NCBI GenBank assembly: GCA_965645245.1
Contig: OZ287084.1
Location: 744,001-808,000 of the forward strand
Origin: Massalongia carnosa
Taxonomy: Eukaryota
Direction of reading: 5' to 3'
Length of the DNA stretch: 64,000 nt
A model generated the notes under the pieces. It had not been told where the DNA came from. It did not search any database and saw nothing but the letters and a program-made list of their open reading frames with translations. Every line of letters begins with the position of its first letter. Position 1 is the stretch's first letter. The position numbers and the translations under genes are program-made. Positions 60,884 to 64,000 of this stretch are shown here, in pieces.

Positions 60884-62395
60884 CGGAGGATGACACAGGA
60901 AGTTCTGGCTAGCGTATTTTAGCTTGCATTAGCTTCCGCCACTAGACAAGGGGGTGGTAAAATTTTTAAAAAAAGGAGGTTCTCCGGGCATCAAGAGATA
61001 TAATGCTTTAAAATTTGTAATTTATAGTTGATTTTAGTTGGTATTTTGTAGCTATCATCATCATGACTCGTCCTCAAGATAACACACTGACTCTCGCTCA
61101 AAGACTTCAGGCCTTGACTCTCGTAGAGCATGGAGTATTAGCCAAAAGAGTAGAGGAAATCACTGAAGTCTCGACGAGATCTATCAGTCATATCAAGAAG
61201 AAAGCAAGAAGCAGAGGATATGATCCCGAGATCTCACGAGTCTTGAAGATGGAATATGTAGAAGATGCACCTCGTTCAGGCCAACCTTCTAAAGTAACAC
61301 CTGCATTGGAGGAGGCTATATTGACTGATGTACGCAAAGATCGAAACGGAAGGGAGAAGTCTTCAGCTATGCTGGCTTTTGATCATGTGCTGAGTTCTTC
61401 CACTATTTTGAAGATTCTTAAAAAGAATGGATTTCGAGCCTGTAAATCAACGAAAAAGCCTGGCCTTACTTCGATCATGAAGGAGGCACGTCTGAAATTT
61501 TGCATTGATCATCAGCATTGGACTCTTGAAGACTGGAAGAACGTCATCTGGAGTGATGAGACGAGCGTGATGCTGAATGCAGTTAGAGGAAAAAGACTGC
61601 AATGGAGAACCTCGAAAGAAATGAATGATAAAACATGCATTCGTCGTCGATGGAAAGGACGCTCAGAGTTCATGTTTTGGGGGTGTTTCTCGGACGATAA
61701 AAAAGTTCCTTTTCATATCTGGAAGACTGAGTCTGCAAAAGAAAAGAAGACAACTGAGGAAAAGCTGAAGCTTATCAATAAGAGGTTGGAATCAGAGGCG
61801 AAGCTCAATTGGGAGTTAGAAAATGGAATGAGACGAATGAGACTAAGAAATTCAGGAGGACGACAGCCTCGATGGATATGGGATCAAAAACATGGAAAGA
61901 TCGTGCGAGATAATAAAAAGGGAGAAATTGACTGGTATCGCTATCAAAAGAATATTTTGATAGACAAACTTCTTCTATTCGCTACCGAATGCATGAAAGA
62001 TCGTCCAAATATGGTGGTTCAAGAAGATAAGGCCCCCTGTCATACCTCCAAACATCAGGATGTGGTGTTTATGGACTTTCGAGTGCTTCGCTTTTTGTGG
62101 CCTAGCAACTCACCTGATCTCAACATGATTGAACCGGAACGAGTACAGAGAAGGAAGAACAGGAGGAATGGTACGACCTTACGATGCTGAGGAGCGGCGC
62201 AGTCAATATCTGCGTTTAAAGAGAGGTCCTACTGAAGATGAGGAGGAGTGGGCCAATGTAGACTGATGAGGAGGTGGATAAGAAGGTAAAAAAGGAGTAA
62301 ATAAAGGAGTTTATCTTCGTAGGGCTGAGCCCCTTGTAGGTGGCTTATTTAGCGTGCATATTAGCGTCGGCCAGAACTTCTTATGTCATCCTCCG
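60884..62395 (+). mobile_element. Tc1-type (DD34E) transposon with an internal deletion
   Basis: TIRs CGGAGGATGACA(C/T)A(G/A)GAAGTTCTGGC at both ends, with TA on both flanks (60882-60883, 62396-62397). ORF 61063-62190 has IWSDETS, VQEDKAP, SPDLNMIE with 34-residue spacing. Confidence 0.93.
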
Positions 62396-62474
62396 TACTG
62401 GTCACCCCCTTCTAAGCGAGGTGATCTTATCTTATATTGGGACTAAGCCTAATGCGGCATCTACGGTTTCCGTA

Positions 62475-64000
62475 TGGAGGATGACACAAAAAGTCCTTGA
62501 TAGCGTGCATTAGTGCATTTTTAGCGTCGTGCAGAAAGGACGCTAAAAATTAAATAGGGGGTTTTAAATATATTGTACATTTTAACCTGTGCAGCATCTT
62601 TTATTTATCAAATATCATCAAGTAAAATTTTATATGCTTCAAATCATGACATCACGAACTCAGAACAATAGTCTGACCATTGGTCAAAAGTTACAAGCAT
62701 TATCCTTGATTGAACACGGCATAACAGCCAAAGTCGTTCAAGCAGTCACCGGAGTCTCTACTCAGTCTATCAGCTATCTCAAACGCAAGGCACGAGATCG
62801 AGGATATGATCCCACTATTTCGCGAATATTGAAGGTAGAATACGTAGAAGATGCATGTCGTTCAGGACATCCTCCTAAAGTGACGTCTGAGGTAGAACAG
62901 GCCATTTTAGACAACGTTCGTCATGATCGAAATGGTAGAGAAAAATCCTCAGCCGTTTTGGGATATGAGCACGGAGTCTCATCTACAACTATTCTCAATG
63001 TTCTTCGACGCAATAACTTTCGTCCATGCAAATCTACCATGAAATCAGGCCTTGATTCAGCAATGAAAGAGGCTCGATTGCAATTCTGTTTGCGTTATCG
63101 TCATTGGACTCTCGATGACTGGAAGAATGTCATATGGAGCGATGAAACTAGTGTTGTGTTAGGCTCTCGAAGAGGACGAAGACTTCAGTGGCGAACTCCA
63201 AAAGAAAAATATGCTCAAACGTGCATTCGACGTAGATGGAAAGGATGTTCCGAATTCATGTTTTGGGGTTTTTTTTCGTATGAAAAGAAAGGTCCTTTTT
63301 CATATATGGAAGCCGGGGACAGCGGCAGAAAAACGTGCCGCTCAAGGAGAAATCGACCAAATCAATGAGGCATTGGAGCCTCTAGCGAAAGAAAATTGGG
63401 AATTGGAAATAGGCATGAAACGAATGGGACTGCGTACCAAAGGAGGTCGAAAACCGGTCTGGAAATGGGATGAAAAGCATGGAAAAGTGGCTCGAAAAGG
63501 CAAAGGGGGCATCGACTGGTATCGTTATCAAAAAACTATTCTTCTTCCTAAACTTCTTCCGTTTGCAAAAGAATGTATAAAAAATTGTCCTGATACTGTT
63601 GTGCAGGAGGACAAGGCCCCTAGTCATGCTTCCAAACATCAAGACCTCGTCTTTATAGATGCAGAAGTCTTGCGTTTATTGTGGCCGGGTAATTCTCCTG
63701 ATTTGAACATGATCGAGCAATGTTGGCCTTGGATGAAAAGGCAAACCACACGAAAAGAAGCACCTCGAAATCGCATTACGGCTATCAAAGCATGGACTCG
63801 GTGCTGGACAAAAACTCTGAAACAAAATAAATTCAGCAATGGATAGAACGAATTCCACGACATATAGAAGAAGTCATCGCTTTGAATGGAGGAAACGAGT
63901 ATCGAGAGGGTCGAGACAATGGTGTGATTCGGCCATATAATACCGAAGATCGTCGCATTCGCTATCGCAAAGACATTATATCTGATAGCAGTGATGTAGA
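62475..64000 (+). mobile_element. Second, related Tc1-type (DD34E) transposon, running off the window end
   Basis: TA followed by TGGAGGATGACACAAAAAGTCC, similar to the neighbouring TIR. Transposase from approx. 62646 (MTSRTQNN) with IWSDETS, VQEDKAPSH, WPGNSPDLNMIE, GGNEYREG. Frameshifts near 63270-63300 and approx. 63825. Confidence 0.92.

Overview
This is eukaryotic DNA from a filamentous ascomycete (Pezizomycotina), judged by the short GT-AG introns with CTAAC/CTGAC branch sites and the fungal gene families. Most of the window is gene-dense housekeeping sequence: ADE2 (partial), NAD-glutamate dehydrogenase, JHD1 demethylase, a GH128-like GPI glucanase, a nicotianamine synthase, an FLC/TRP-like channel, DPB2, a NASP histone chaperone, a yippee protein, MPE1, HIS7, dCMP deaminase, ATG7, MRM2, a coiled-coil protein, OST3/6, TGS1 and TAF1. 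There are two accessory zones. The first (~41.9-49.9 kb) holds a decayed Tc1-like element that carries a younger DD38E Tc1-like element (flanked by a 5-6 bp duplication rather than TA) and a solo LTR. A pogo/Fot1 element follows, then an intronless gene for a trypsin-fold protein with Cys at the nucleophile position (H-D-GVCG). The second zone (60.9 kb to the end) holds two tandem DD34E Tc1 elements. The most interesting leads are the 3C-like protease candidate, the non-TA target duplication, the nested transposons and a RIP-like mutation pattern biased to CpC. All family assignments come from motif recognition by eye; no searches were run.
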